From IMG/VR virus record IMGVR_UViG_2718218135_000001, positions 1-64,000 of that record: a DNA stretch of 64,000 nt; one strand, 5' to 3'. This stretch comes from a virus. Lineage: Duplodnaviria; Heunggongvirae; Uroviricota; Caudoviricetes. Shown here piece by piece: positions 53,313 through 62,836 of the stretch (positions within the stretch are counted from its first letter, which is position 1; the number at the start of each line of letters is the position of its first letter). Under the pieces are notes generated by a model. It was not told the origin of the DNA. It saw only the letters and a list, made by a program, of their open reading frames with translations, and searched no databases. Position numbers and translations under genes: made by a program.

Positions 53313-53776
53313 AGTATGACTCGCATCAGTTTAAGCGTGCTGGCGACAGACTCAATAACAGCCAGAAAGCCTTTAAGCGTTATCTCATTCGTGACATGGA
53401 GAAGCTGGCGCGTCTGGTTGAGCGTCTGGCGCGGGCAATGGCTCCGCTGGAGACTGGCTCACTCGAAAGCGCGATTTTCGCGAGAGTTGTCAAAGAGGGC
53501 TATACGGGGCTGCGTATTGAGTTATCGGTGTCTGGGGCTAAACCGCGCGAAGGGAACCCTGGTGTTGAGGTTGGCGATTATGCGGAGTACATGGAGTTGG
53601 GCAAGTATCGTCTCGGCTATCTCTCCCGCATGAAGAGCGTCACCAACCCGCCAGTTGCTGGTGTGAAGCCACGCGTTGGGCCTTTGTTCCTTGAAAGAGC
53701 GGCACAGGTCAGTGAGAAACAGTTCGCTCAGACGATAGCTGAAGCAGCAAGGAAAGCAGGTTTTACGAGAGGTTGA
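53303..53776 (+). CDS. head-tail joining protein (hypothetical)
   Basis: Internal ATG of ORF 53255..53776, overlapping the upstream stop. Confidence 0.4.
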   Translation: MGLKYDSHQFKRAGDRLNNSQKAFKRYLIRDMEKLARLVERLARAMAPLETGSLESAIFARVVKEGYTGLRIELSVSGAKPREGNPGVEVGDYAEYMELGKYRLGYLSRMKSVTNPPVAGVKPRVGPLFLERAAQVSEKQFAQTIAEAARKAGFTRG

Positions 53777-53777
53777 T

Positions 53778-54161
53778 GTGTTTATTGAAGCATTTGCGAG
53801 CCTGATGCAGAAGGCGAAGATCGGCACACTCGGCACTGACATTTTCTGTCACTACATGCCAGCCAATGTGAAGTCCGGCATCCTGTTGGTTACTCCCAAT
53901 ACGGGGATCGCCATTGACCATGAGTTAAAAGGTTTTTATCACGACTCTTTTACCGTCATCGTGCGTAATGCGACGATCACAAAGGCGGTGGCGAAAGCCA
54001 ATAAGATCATGGACATGTTTCCGGTCGAGGAAACCGTGTCAGATGGCGTTTACTTCCGGTTGGTACGACCAATGTCGATGCCGATAACTTATCCAAAAAA
54101 CGAAGGCTCGTTGATTGAAGCGGGCATCCCGATTGAATTTGCGGGCTATTTGTTGAATTAA
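53778..54161 (+). CDS. tail-completion/terminator-like protein (hypothetical)
   Basis: 127 aa ORF immediately before the major tail gene; GTG start. Confidence 0.35.
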   Translation: MFIEAFASLMQKAKIGTLGTDIFCHYMPANVKSGILLVTPNTGIAIDHELKGFYHDSFTVIVRNATITKAVAKANKIMDMFPVEETVSDGVYFRLVRPMSMPITYPKNEGSLIEAGIPIEFAGYLLN

Positions 54162-54235
54162 CAAAATAAGTAAATATATACTTACTATTGGCGCCATGAA
54201 GGTGCTGATTTAACGGAAAAAGGAGTTTTCCAACA

Positions 54236-54982
54236 ATGTCCAATACCCATGTAAAAAACATCAAACTTGGCGCCTGCAAAGTGTCGTTTGGTGGTGTTGA
54301 TCTGGGTTACACCAAAGGCGGTGTTCAGGTTGAGGTTGCGACCGAAACTCTGAAAGTTACCGTAGACCAGCTAGGGCAAACCACCATCTCCGAGCTGGTA
54401 CAGGGCCGTAACATCACTATCACTGCGCCGCTGGCCGAGTCTGTGTTGCAGAATATGGTCGATCTGATGCCGGGTTCTACCCTGAGTGAAGAAGATAACT
54501 CTGTGACCATCACTTCCGCACAGGGCGTCAACCTGATCGACGTAGCTAAAGAGCTGGTTCTGACCCCGCAGGATACCACCGACTACGTTCTGACCATCCC
54601 GAAAGCTGCGACCGCAGGTAACTTCACCATGACCTACCAGTCTGATGATGTTCGCGTGTTCTCGGTTCAGTTCACCGCTTACCCGGATGACGACGGTATT
54701 CTGGGGAAAATGAGCGGCCCAAAGCCGGTTAAATCCGTCTCTATCTCTCCGGATTCTCCGGAAGTTAAAGCCGGTGAGAGCGTGCAGCTGGCAGCCCAGA
54801 TCACACCTGCAGATGCCGGCGACAAAACCGGTGTGTGGGAGTCCGACAATCAGGAGAAGGCTACCGTTGATCAGACTGGTCTGGTTCGCGGAGTAGCTGA
54901 AGGTTCGGCAAATATCTCCTTCACCAGCAATAGCGGCGGCAAGAAAGCGACCAAAGCTGTAACGGTTAATTCTGCCGAATAA
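54236..54982 (+). CDS. major tail protein with C-terminal Ig-like (Big_2) domain
   Basis: 248 aa; C-terminal VKSVSISPDSPEVKAGESVQLAAQITPADAGDKTGVWESDNQEKATVDQTGLVRGVAEGSANISFT; strong RBS aaaggag; terminator follows. Confidence 0.6.
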   Translation: MSNTHVKNIKLGACKVSFGGVDLGYTKGGVQVEVATETLKVTVDQLGQTTISELVQGRNITITAPLAESVLQNMVDLMPGSTLSEEDNSVTITSAQGVNLIDVAKELVLTPQDTTDYVLTIPKAATAGNFTMTYQSDDVRVFSVQFTAYPDDDGILGKMSGPKPVKSVSISPDSPEVKAGESVQLAAQITPADAGDKTGVWESDNQEKATVDQTGLVRGVAEGSANISFTSNSGGKKATKAVTVNSAE

Positions 54983-54998
54983 TCGTGACGTGACTAAG

Positions 54999-55026
54999 CA
55001 GAGGCTCAGGAAGAGCCTCTCTTTTA
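54999..55026 (+). terminator. rho-independent terminator
   Basis: agaggctc-agga-agagcctct followed by cttttaaaa. Confidence 0.6.
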
Positions 55027-55041
55027 AAAGGATTTTAACCA

Positions 55042-55359
55042 ATGACCAAATTACTCGATCTCGACTCCATTCTACCTCCGAAGAAAAGTATCAAGTTCGG
55101 CGGTCAGGAATACCCCATCGTTGAAATGACAGTTGGTCTGTTCGTCTCCATCAAGCAGATGGAAGGCAAAGATCTTCAGAACATGTCTCCTGTAGAGCAG
55201 GTTACTGCTTACGCCGACCTGGTTCGCAAGGTCATCCCATCCGTGCCGGACGCTGTACTGGAAAAACTGACTGTTCCGCAGCTTCAGCAAATCTTCACCT
55301 TCGCTATGGAAGTGATTGATGAAGAGAACGAAAAAGCGGCTGGTGAAGGGGCAAAGTAA
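55042..55359 (+). CDS. tail assembly chaperone (lambda G-like)
   Basis: 105 aa acidic protein between major tail and tape-measure genes. Confidence 0.55.
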   Translation: MTKLLDLDSILPPKKSIKFGGQEYPIVEMTVGLFVSIKQMEGKDLQNMSPVEQVTAYADLVRKVIPSVPDAVLEKLTVPQLQQIFTFAMEVIDEENEKAAGEGAK

Positions 55360-55709
55360 TTTCCCGCGATGAATCCGGGGTAAAGACCGTATCGATAGAT
55401 CTCGGATTCTATTTCAGTCGTGTAGTTGCTCACTACGCCGTGTCGCCATTAGAGCTGCTGGGCGTCCCTCTAACGATGTTCTGGATGCTCAGTCGCAACA
55501 TCGACCGTCTACGTGCGGAAGAGGATGTCCGCAACCTGCAAGTCGCTCGCGCTGCCCAGGCAGATGGCGAGGGCGTGAAGGCGTTCATGGAGGGTTTGCA
55601 ACTCAGGATTGGAAGACCAGTCGTAACCGATAAAGTCTACGATCCGCGCAAGGATAAGGCAGACCCTGACGCCAAAGAGCAACTGATGCAAATTTTTGGC
55701 AGAGGATGA
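55347..55709 (+). CDS. tail assembly chaperone extension (lambda T-like), probably made as a G-T fusion by -1 frameshift
   Basis: -1 frame is open from 55347 across the G stop to 55709, overlapping the tape-measure start; no canonical slippery heptamer identified. Confidence 0.4.
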   Translation, partial: RGKVISRDESGVKTVSIDLGFYFSRVVAHYAVSPLELLGVPLTMFWMLSRNIDRLRAEEDVRNLQVARAAQADGEGVKAFMEGLQLRIGRPVVTDKVYDPRKDKADPDAKEQLMQIFGRG

Positions 55710-55716
55710 CAAGGGA

Positions 55717-58700
55717 ATGTCACAAAACGTAGAGTTTGTCCTGTCGCTGGAAGACAAGCAGTTTACAGCGTCAATCGACCGGGCGGGTAAGCTACTTACC
55801 AGATTCGGGGAGCAGGCCACAAAACCAGCTCAGAAAATTAACAATCTGGAACGCTCGTTGGGTTCGGTCTCCCGCATCATCGGCGTTCTGGAGTCCAAGC
55901 TCGATGCCACGGCAGACAAACTACAGGATGTAGCTGCCGGCTTCGAACTTGTGTCTGATGTTTCGCGCAAGACGCGAGGCAACATTACCAGCCTCAATTC
56001 AGGTCTCAAAACCCTGATTGAGCGCGTCGACACAACCACCTCTTCCGTTAATAAGCTCACCACATCGTTGCGCAAGGTTCAGTCTGAACTCAATGAGTTT
56101 TCCGATTGGGCAACGTTCGCTGGTAAGAGCGCCAGCCGCTTCGGTACGGAGGTAAAAGAAGCCTCTACATCTGTGAGTGGTATGAATACGCGCCTTAACA
56201 CCACGACGAAGCGTCTCAGTAATTGGGGTGTCACAACGAACCAGGCTGCCGAGGGGCTGAAGAAAGTCCGCGATCAGATGGATGCGGTGATTGGCCGCCA
56301 GCAGCTGATCAGCAAGCCGGTGCGTGTGCGCACCAGCGGCTACGGTGAGGGCGGTGGTAATGGCGGTGGCGGTCGACACAGCGGTTCCTATGGCCACGGC
56401 GGGCGCGGTGCTGAAAATGGCGTGTTCTCTGGTCTGCGCGGCAATATTTTCCTGCTGGGCGAGATTGGTGATGCGGCAAGAACGGTAACTGACATCCTGT
56501 TCGGCTGGCAGAAGCCAATCGTCGAAGCTGCCTCCAAAATGGAGCGTATGTGCGTCATGTTGCGCGGGCTGAACAAGGACAAGGCCAACCCTGGCAAAGC
56601 AGCCGCAGAGGATATGCAGTACATCGTGGATATGGCGCAAAACGCCCCGTTTGCGATGCAGGCGCTGACCGATTCCTTCGTTAAATTCCGCTCGGCAGGT
56701 CTCGATCCTACTGACGGATCGCTGAAAGCATTGGTGGACTCTGTTGCACGCTTCGGCGGCGATAGTGAACTGCTAAAACGCGCAGCAGTGGCCGTCCAGC
56801 AGATGTCCGGTAAGGGCGTCGTTTCGATGGAAGAACTGCGTCAGCAATTAGGTGAAGCCGTTCCTAACGCGATGAAAGCGATGGCAGACGCTGCCGGCAT
56901 TACTATGGGGGAACTGACCAAAGCAGTCTCCAGCGGTACTGTGGAAGCGAAACAGGCGTTATCGCTGATGTTCGTTGGTCTGCGTGCAGAGAACGAAAAC
57001 GCCGCCAAAGACATGATGCAAACCTACACCGGTGCGCTGGCGCAACTACAAACCTCCTTTACGTTGTTCGCCGATCGTGTCGGTCAGACGGGCTATCTGG
57101 ATTCTCTCTCTAAGGGAATGAAAGAACTAGCCTCCATCATGAATAGCGCAGAAGGGATTTCGTTTGCTAATTCTTTAGGTTCGGGGTTAACGACGGCAAT
57201 CGATGGGTTGCGTCAGCTTGCTCAATGGTTAGCAAAGAACCAAGAGCTGGTAATTAATCTTGGTAAGGTCGTGGCCGCGATGGTTGCGTTCAAACTGATG
57301 CGAGCAGGGATCATGGGGGTAGTTGGCGCTGGGAGCCAGATGGTTAGCACCTTTGCCACGATGGCGACCGCCATACAGACTCCATTTAACCTCGGCGCTA
57401 CAGCAGTAACTCGATTCAATCGTGCGGCACGTATGGGGCTGGCTCCGATCCCCTCTCTTATTTTCGCCATCCGTGGGGCGATTACGGGGCTTAAAGGCGC
57501 TTTTGCTGGATTAACGGCGTTCATTGCAGCAAATCCAATTGGCGCTGCGTTTACCGTGGCAACCGTGGCCGTGGCCGGGTTGATCACGTATATGACCATG
57601 CTTCGCAGCGAAACGTCAAAAGTCGTTGACGAGATTAGGAAAATACCAGAGGCGATGACGGCGGCCAAACGTGCACAAATGGCGGAGTATAAAGCGCGTC
57701 TTGAGCAACAAATCACGCAAAAGGAACAAGAGTTAAAATCTGGCGAAAAGGTGGTTTATGGGCCGGGTATGGCCGGAACTGCAGTAAAGATTAATCAGGA
57801 TGAACGTAAGCGTATAGAAAATGAGCTAAATGACCTTCGTGAGAAACGCGATAAAACTACTGGGGCAATTGAACGCGGAGACACTGCTGTAGCCAAACGT
57901 CTTGCAAAAGATGCGGCAGAATCACAGATAGAGAAAATACGGGAAGAGAATAGAGACTTTGCGGCAACATTCGCTAAAGCTCGTCAAGAGGCTCTGGAGA
58001 AGATCCAAAAAATCAATGATGACGATTCACTTTCTGATGACGAAAAGAACAAACTATTGGCACCGTTACGTGAAACGGTAAACAAAAGCTATCTGGAGCC
58101 TGCGCAAAAACTGGTTGATTCACTTTCTTCTCGTAAGAATGCGACCGAGAAGCAAATCGCGACTCTTAATGATCAGCTTGAAAAAGCCAAAAAAGATGGC
58201 AATACCGAGCAGATCCAGAAACTGCAAGGCAGTATTCGTGGTTATCAGGAGCATTTGGAAGCCGTTGCTCAGGAGCTGACTCAGGCAGAGTTCGAGAGAG
58301 ATAATGCGGCCAAAACTGGTAAGGGCGTAATGTCAAACCAGGGGACTGTTCTTGGGTTAGGTACAACTGATAAAGCTGCTCAGAAGGCGCTGGCGCAATA
58401 TATGCGAAACCAGATGGATTCTGCGACTTATCAGCGTACTTTGCCTGACGGCACTCCGATGATGGACTTCGAAGGTAAGCCGATTATTGGGCCTAAACAA
58501 CTCAAGACGCAGCTTAATTTGCAGAAAGCATCCAGTGCCAGCTCTCTGGAGAAAATGAGCGATGCGGAACGCGCCGCAGCCATTGCAGCGCTGACCAAAG
58601 CGCGCGAACAGGATGCCGCAGCAGCGGAAAAAGCCGGGCGACGTACAGCCAATGCTTCTCAGCGTGCGGCCAAGAAAGAACAGGCAGCGCAACAGAAACT

Positions 58701-60288
58701 GGCGGCCGGATATCAGAAGGCTCTGGATAAAGCCGATCAGCTTATGGGGCAAATGGGTGAAAGCTCTAAGGCTACGGTATCGTTTGATCAGTCTCTTCGC
58801 GATACAACGAAATCGCTGACTGATTTGGCTAATGCGGTTCCTAACGAGTTCATCACTCAAGAGATGATCGACAAGGCGAAAAAACGTCTTGAAGACCTTA
58901 AAAATGCGACACCTGAATATCGCGAGATGTTTAATCGCCGCAATGTTGAGCAGATGATCTCCACTTGGGCACCGGAGGCGGATTCCATTATTAGTGCTGG
59001 CTATACGCCGTCTCGCGAAGAGAAAGTTGCTGATTTCGAAGACACCTACAACCGCAATCTCAAAGCGTTGATAGAACTTCGTGATAAGGCGTCTGATCCT
59101 AAAGTTGTGGCGCTTTATACAAAGAAAATCAATCAACTGATTGCTGCTGGCAATACCGCGCTTATTAAAGAGACGGGGACTGCGACGCAGAAGTTGGCAC
59201 TGGAATACGAAAACCTGGCAGAGCAGATCGAAAGCACCTGGACTGATTTGTTTAGTGGCTTAACTGATGTTCTGACTGATTTCGTTATTAACGGGAAGAT
59301 GAGCTTCTCCAGCCTGTCCCAGTCCATTTTGAAAGATATCACCAATATGGTCGTGAAGTCGCAGATCACGCTGCCTCTAATGAACATGTTGGGGATGGGA
59401 ACCACCGCAGTTGGTAGTTCACAGAGTGGTAATTTGCTCACCGGGGTTGCTTCCGCAGTTGCCAATCAAGGTGTGCGCATAAGCAACACTGTTAATGGCG
59501 ACAAGTCGGTAGGAGAAGCCACGAAGGAGACGTCCAGTTCGGTAACTGGATTGGGGCAAACGACACAGCAGACCACCAGCGCAATTGGCACAGCAACAAA
59601 TGCGATTGGTAGCTGGGTATCAGGGCTATTTGATAGCACCGAAGCCAAAGATGCTGAGACAAAAGCAGTGAAGGATTCCATCTTCTCGATGCAGAACCTC
59701 AGCTCTGTTACCGGTGCTCTGTCTGCCGCGTTCGCAATGCTTGGAGCTAATGCTTCCGGCTCTGGTAATAAGTGGTTGAATTTCGGCGCGACAGTTGCAT
59801 CTGGGTTGGTTTCAGTATGGGCAGGTGGTGGTTTCGACAGCGCGACATCAAACTCTGCTAAAACCGCAACCAGCAGTGTGGCTGACGGAACTAAAGGCAT
59901 TCCTGCAATCCCGAAGTTTGCAAATGGAGGAATATTCGGAAAAGACGGCGTGATCCCGCTCCGGGCATACCAGAAAGGCGGTATTGCTAACTCGCCTCAA
60001 TTAGCGTTGTTTGGGGAAGGTTCTATGAATGAGGCGTATGTTCCATTGCCTGATGGTCGAACAATCCCTGTAACGCTCAGTACCGATGGTATGAGTGGAG
60101 GAGGAAATGTTCTTTCTCCGGTATCAATTGAGATCAACGTCCATAGTGACGGTAGCACAACTGAATCCGGCGATACAGAAAGCATATGGAACAATGCCGC
60201 TCAACGGATGAAAGCAATCGCGCTTGAGACTATCGCTCAAGAGAAACGCCCTGGCGGATCACTCAACCCAAACACTCAACGTAACTAA
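55717..60288 (+). CDS. tail tape measure protein
   Basis: About 1520 aa, coiled-coil/alpha-rich with glycine-rich and TM-like central segments; first ATG with RBS aaggga (track start 55696 is TTG). Confidence 0.8.
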   Translation: MSQNVEFVLSLEDKQFTASIDRAGKLLTRFGEQATKPAQKINNLERSLGSVSRIIGVLESKLDATADKLQDVAAGFELVSDVSRKTRGNITSLNSGLKTLIERVDTTTSSVNKLTTSLRKVQSELNEFSDWATFAGKSASRFGTEVKEASTSVSGMNTRLNTTTKRLSNWGVTTNQAAEGLKKVRDQMDAVIGRQQLISKPVRVRTSGYGEGGGNGGGGRHSGSYGHGGRGAENGVFSGLRGNIFLLGEIGDAARTVTDILFGWQKPIVEAASKMERMCVMLRGLNKDKANPGKAAAEDMQYIVDMAQNAPFAMQALTDSFVKFRSAGLDPTDGSLKALVDSVARFGGDSELLKRAAVAVQQMSGKGVVSMEELRQQLGEAVPNAMKAMADAAGITMGELTKAVSSGTVEAKQALSLMFVGLRAENENAAKDMMQTYTGALAQLQTSFTLFADRVGQTGYLDSLSKGMKELASIMNSAEGISFANSLGSGLTTAIDGLRQLAQWLAKNQELVINLGKVVAAMVAFKLMRAGIMGVVGAGSQMVSTFATMATAIQTPFNLGATAVTRFNRAARMGLAPIPSLIFAIRGAITGLKGAFAGLTAFIAANPIGAAFTVATVAVAGLITYMTMLRSETSKVVDEIRKIPEAMTAAKRAQMAEYKARLEQQITQKEQELKSGEKVVYGPGMAGTAVKINQDERKRIENELNDLREKRDKTTGAIERGDTAVAKRLAKDAAESQIEKIREENRDFAATFAKARQEALEKIQKINDDDSLSDDEKNKLLAPLRETVNKSYLEPAQKLVDSLSSRKNATEKQIATLNDQLEKAKKDGNTEQIQKLQGSIRGYQEHLEAVAQELTQAEFERDNAAKTGKGVMSNQGTVLGLGTTDKAAQKALAQYMRNQMDSATYQRTLPDGTPMMDFEGKPIIGPKQLKTQLNLQKASSASSLEKMSDAERAAAIAALTKAREQDAAAAEKAGRRTANASQRAAKKEQAAQQKLAAGYQKALDKADQLMGQMGESSKATVSFDQSLRDTTKSLTDLANAVPNEFITQEMIDKAKKRLEDLKNATPEYREMFNRRNVEQMISTWAPEADSIISAGYTPSREEKVADFEDTYNRNLKALIELRDKASDPKVVALYTKKINQLIAAGNTALIKETGTATQKLALEYENLAEQIESTWTDLFSGLTDVLTDFVINGKMSFSSLSQSILKDITNMVVKSQITLPLMNMLGMGTTAVGSSQSGNLLTGVASAVANQGVRISNTVNGDKSVGEATKETSSSVTGLGQTTQQTTSAIGTATNAIGSWVSGLFDSTEAKDAETKAVKDSIFSMQNLSSVTGALSAAFAMLGANASGSGNKWLNFGATVASGLVSVWAGGGFDSATSNSAKTATSSVADGTKGIPAIPKFANGGIFGKDGVIPLRAYQKGGIANSPQLALFGEGSMNEAYVPLPDGRTIPVTLSTDGMSGGGNVLSPVSIEINVHSDGSTTESGDTESIWNNAAQRMKAIALETIAQEKRPGGSLNPNTQRN

Positions 60289-60330
60289 CTATCGACTGCC
60301 CCGACCGGGGCAGTCTCACAAGGATGTGAG

Positions 60331-60666
60331 ATGGAAAGACAAACGTTTAATTGGTATCCAGATTACGAATCTGAAAAAAGCGTAAAACCGAATGTAACGG
60401 TACTTAATTTTGGTGATGACTACGAGCAGCGACAGGCTCAAGGTCTTAATCGTATTAAAGAAGAATGGTCGTTAACCTTTACCAGATCATACAACGAAAT
60501 TAATGCAATCGATGACTTCCTGACTGAGCGATCAGGCGTTGAATCGTTCTATTGGGTTAATCCAAGAGGCAAGCAGATTGTAGTTGTATGTGACAGTCAT
60601 ACGGTCAAGCGATATCAGGGGTACTGTGTCTTAACTGCTACATTCAGACAAGTATTTGAGGCTTAA
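60331..60666 (+). CDS. minor tail protein (lambda gpM-like)
   Basis: 111 aa, co-linear with lambda M by recalled sequence (FGDDYEQRQAQGLN...). Confidence 0.6.
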   Translation: MERQTFNWYPDYESEKSVKPNVTVLNFGDDYEQRQAQGLNRIKEEWSLTFTRSYNEINAIDDFLTERSGVESFYWVNPRGKQIVVVCDSHTVKRYQGYCVLTATFRQVFEA

Positions 60667-60748
60667 GTATCTGGATAAGTAAGTACTAATTTACTATCAT
60701 TGTGGCGCTGACAGGATGTTGGCGCCTTTTTATTTCAAGGAAGAAACA

Positions 60749-61450
60749 ATGGGTATTAAAGCTGATATTCAGAGCTTGTCGCCCTCCGCGCTCATTGAAC
60801 TGTTCGAACTTGATATGTCGAACACCACCTCTGGAGGCAAGCTATATTTCCACGCTGGTACAAACGAGCTGATGGAGCCGGTTGTTTGGCAAGGCGTGTC
60901 CTACGAACCGTGGCCAATCAAAGCGTCAGGCTTTGATAAGACTGGTCAGGGTACTTTGCCTCGTCCAAAAATCCAGGTCTCCAACTTTGCCGGAACTGTC
61001 TCCGCTGAAGTTCAGGCAAACGACGATCTGGTAGGTTGCCGCATCATCCGCAAGATGACACTGGCGCGTTTTCTCGACGAGGCCAACTTCAAAGACGGTA
61101 ATCCAACCGCAGATCCAAATCAGCACTTCCCGGATGAGATGTGGTTCATCGAACAGAAGACTCTCGAAACCCATGAGGTCGTCGAGTTTGAGCTGTCGAG
61201 TGTGTTCGATCTGATGGGCGTGCAGCTGCCGTACCGCCAGATCATCAAAAACACCTGCCCGTGGAAATACCGCGGCCCAGAGTGCGGCTACACCGGCCCA
61301 TATTTCGACAAAAACAACCAGCAAACCACCATGTCTGGCGCGGATTACTGCACGAAACGCTACGACTCATGCAACGCACGGCGCAACTACTTTGCCAATG
61401 GCGTAATCCACTTTGGCGGGTTCATTGGGGCAACGCGTTATGGGCAATAG
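60749..61450 (+). CDS. minor tail protein (lambda gpL-like)
   Basis: Matches recalled lambda L blocks: VVWQGVSYEPWPIKASGF, RIIRKMTLARFLD, CPWKYRGPECGY, FGGF. Confidence 0.75.
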   Translation: MGIKADIQSLSPSALIELFELDMSNTTSGGKLYFHAGTNELMEPVVWQGVSYEPWPIKASGFDKTGQGTLPRPKIQVSNFAGTVSAEVQANDDLVGCRIIRKMTLARFLDEANFKDGNPTADPNQHFPDEMWFIEQKTLETHEVVEFELSSVFDLMGVQLPYRQIIKNTCPWKYRGPECGYTGPYFDKNNQQTTMSGADYCTKRYDSCNARRNYFANGVIHFGGFIGATRYGQ

Positions 61451-62237
61451 AGTATTCCCGGAGCTTGGTTCGGACGTTATGCAGGAAATCTATCTGACAG
61501 CCATTAAACGTTACCCGAACGAAGCGTGTGGCTTTCTGGTGCGTACCACTGGCGAGAAATATCGCTTCATTGAAGCCCGGAACGTGTCGGAGCACCCGGA
61601 AAACACGTTTGTTATGCACGCTGACGACATTATCACTGCGGAAGATGCGGGAGACGTGGTTGCCATCTGGCACTCCCATACTGACGAATCTGCTGATGCG
61701 TCAGACGCCGACCGCGCCGGATGTGAGGCAACGGAAGTTCCGTGGCTGATTCTGGCTGTTCGCAAGAACATCGAGGGCGATGCGCCATTTCACTTCAGTG
61801 AAATGAATGTGATCACCCCAGACGGCTTTGAGATGCCTTATCTGGGCCGACCCTATGTGTTCGGCGTCTTCGACTGCTGGATGCTTTGTCGCGACTATCT
61901 GAAACGAGAGTTTGGTGTCGAGCTGAACCCGAATGCGCATCTGCATATTCCGTTATGGTACACGGGTGATGATGACATTCTCGACCATAACTATCGAAAT
62001 GAAGGGCTTGTGCGTCTTGCGCCAGGGACGGAGCCGCAGCGCGGCGATGTCTTCTTCATCCAGTACGGGAAAATGCCTGATCACTGCGCGGTGTATATCG
62101 GAGACGGCATGATCCTGCATCACCAAATCGACCGCCTGAGTTGTCGCGCTTATTACGGCGGCATGTACCAGAAACATACGACGCACCATCTGCGTCACAG
62201 AGACTTACTCAAGGGTGATGAAAAGTGTCTGAGTTAG
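61440..62237 (+). CDS. tail assembly protein (lambda gpK-like; JAMM/MPN + NlpC/P60 domains)
   Basis: JAMM-like AIWHSHTDESADASDAD and NlpC/P60-like Cys/His (FDCWMLCRDY...HCAVYIGDGMILHH); start overlaps the L stop (alternative ATG 61479). Confidence 0.7.
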   Translation: MGNRVFPELGSDVMQEIYLTAIKRYPNEACGFLVRTTGEKYRFIEARNVSEHPENTFVMHADDIITAEDAGDVVAIWHSHTDESADASDADRAGCEATEVPWLILAVRKNIEGDAPFHFSEMNVITPDGFEMPYLGRPYVFGVFDCWMLCRDYLKREFGVELNPNAHLHIPLWYTGDDDILDHNYRNEGLVRLAPGTEPQRGDVFFIQYGKMPDHCAVYIGDGMILHHQIDRLSCRAYYGGMYQKHTTHHLRHRDLLKGDEKCLS

Positions 62238-62818
62238 TTCATGTGCAACTTGGCGGCCCTATGGCCAAACATTTTGGTCGTCACTGGCATTTGAAAGTTC
62301 GCAACACCAAGCAGGCTCTGGATTTGATTGAGGCTAATCGCCCCGGATTCAAAGCCTGGATGAAGCGAAATCTCAAAACCTACGACAAATACCACATCCA
62401 GATCACCAATAAACAGGGCTACAAGTGGTCTGTGGACGAGAGTGAATATCAGATGATGGGGCAGTCTGACAACATAGCCAAAATCCGCATTACCCCTGTT
62501 CCGCGAGGAAGCGGCGGTTCTGCTTTTGGGTGGTTTCAGACGGTAGTAGGAGCCGCTTTGTTGGTTGTATCGGCGGTAATGATGCCTGCTTTAGCACCTC
62601 TCGGTTTGTCACTGATGATGGGCGGTATAGCGCAAATCATATCTCCGCAAGCCACTAACGAAAGTGTAAGACAGGCAGATAACTCCGACTCGTTCTATTT
62701 CGACGGCCCTCAAAATACAGAAAACCAGGGCAACCCAGTACAACTTATCTATGGCGAGGAAATTCTGGTTGGCTCACAGGTTGTGAGTTCTTCAATCACG
62801 ATTGACCAGCTAATGTAA
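62225..62818 (+). CDS. tail assembly protein (lambda gpI-like)
   Basis: C-terminal hydrophobic glycine-rich segment and LIYGEEILVGSQVVSS, resembling lambda I. Confidence 0.65.
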   Translation: MSELVHVQLGGPMAKHFGRHWHLKVRNTKQALDLIEANRPGFKAWMKRNLKTYDKYHIQITNKQGYKWSVDESEYQMMGQSDNIAKIRITPVPRGSGGSAFGWFQTVVGAALLVVSAVMMPALAPLGLSLMMGGIAQIISPQATNESVRQADNSDSFYFDGPQNTENQGNPVQLIYGEEILVGSQVVSSSITIDQLM

Positions 62819-62836
62819 ACAAGGATTTTTTGAACA

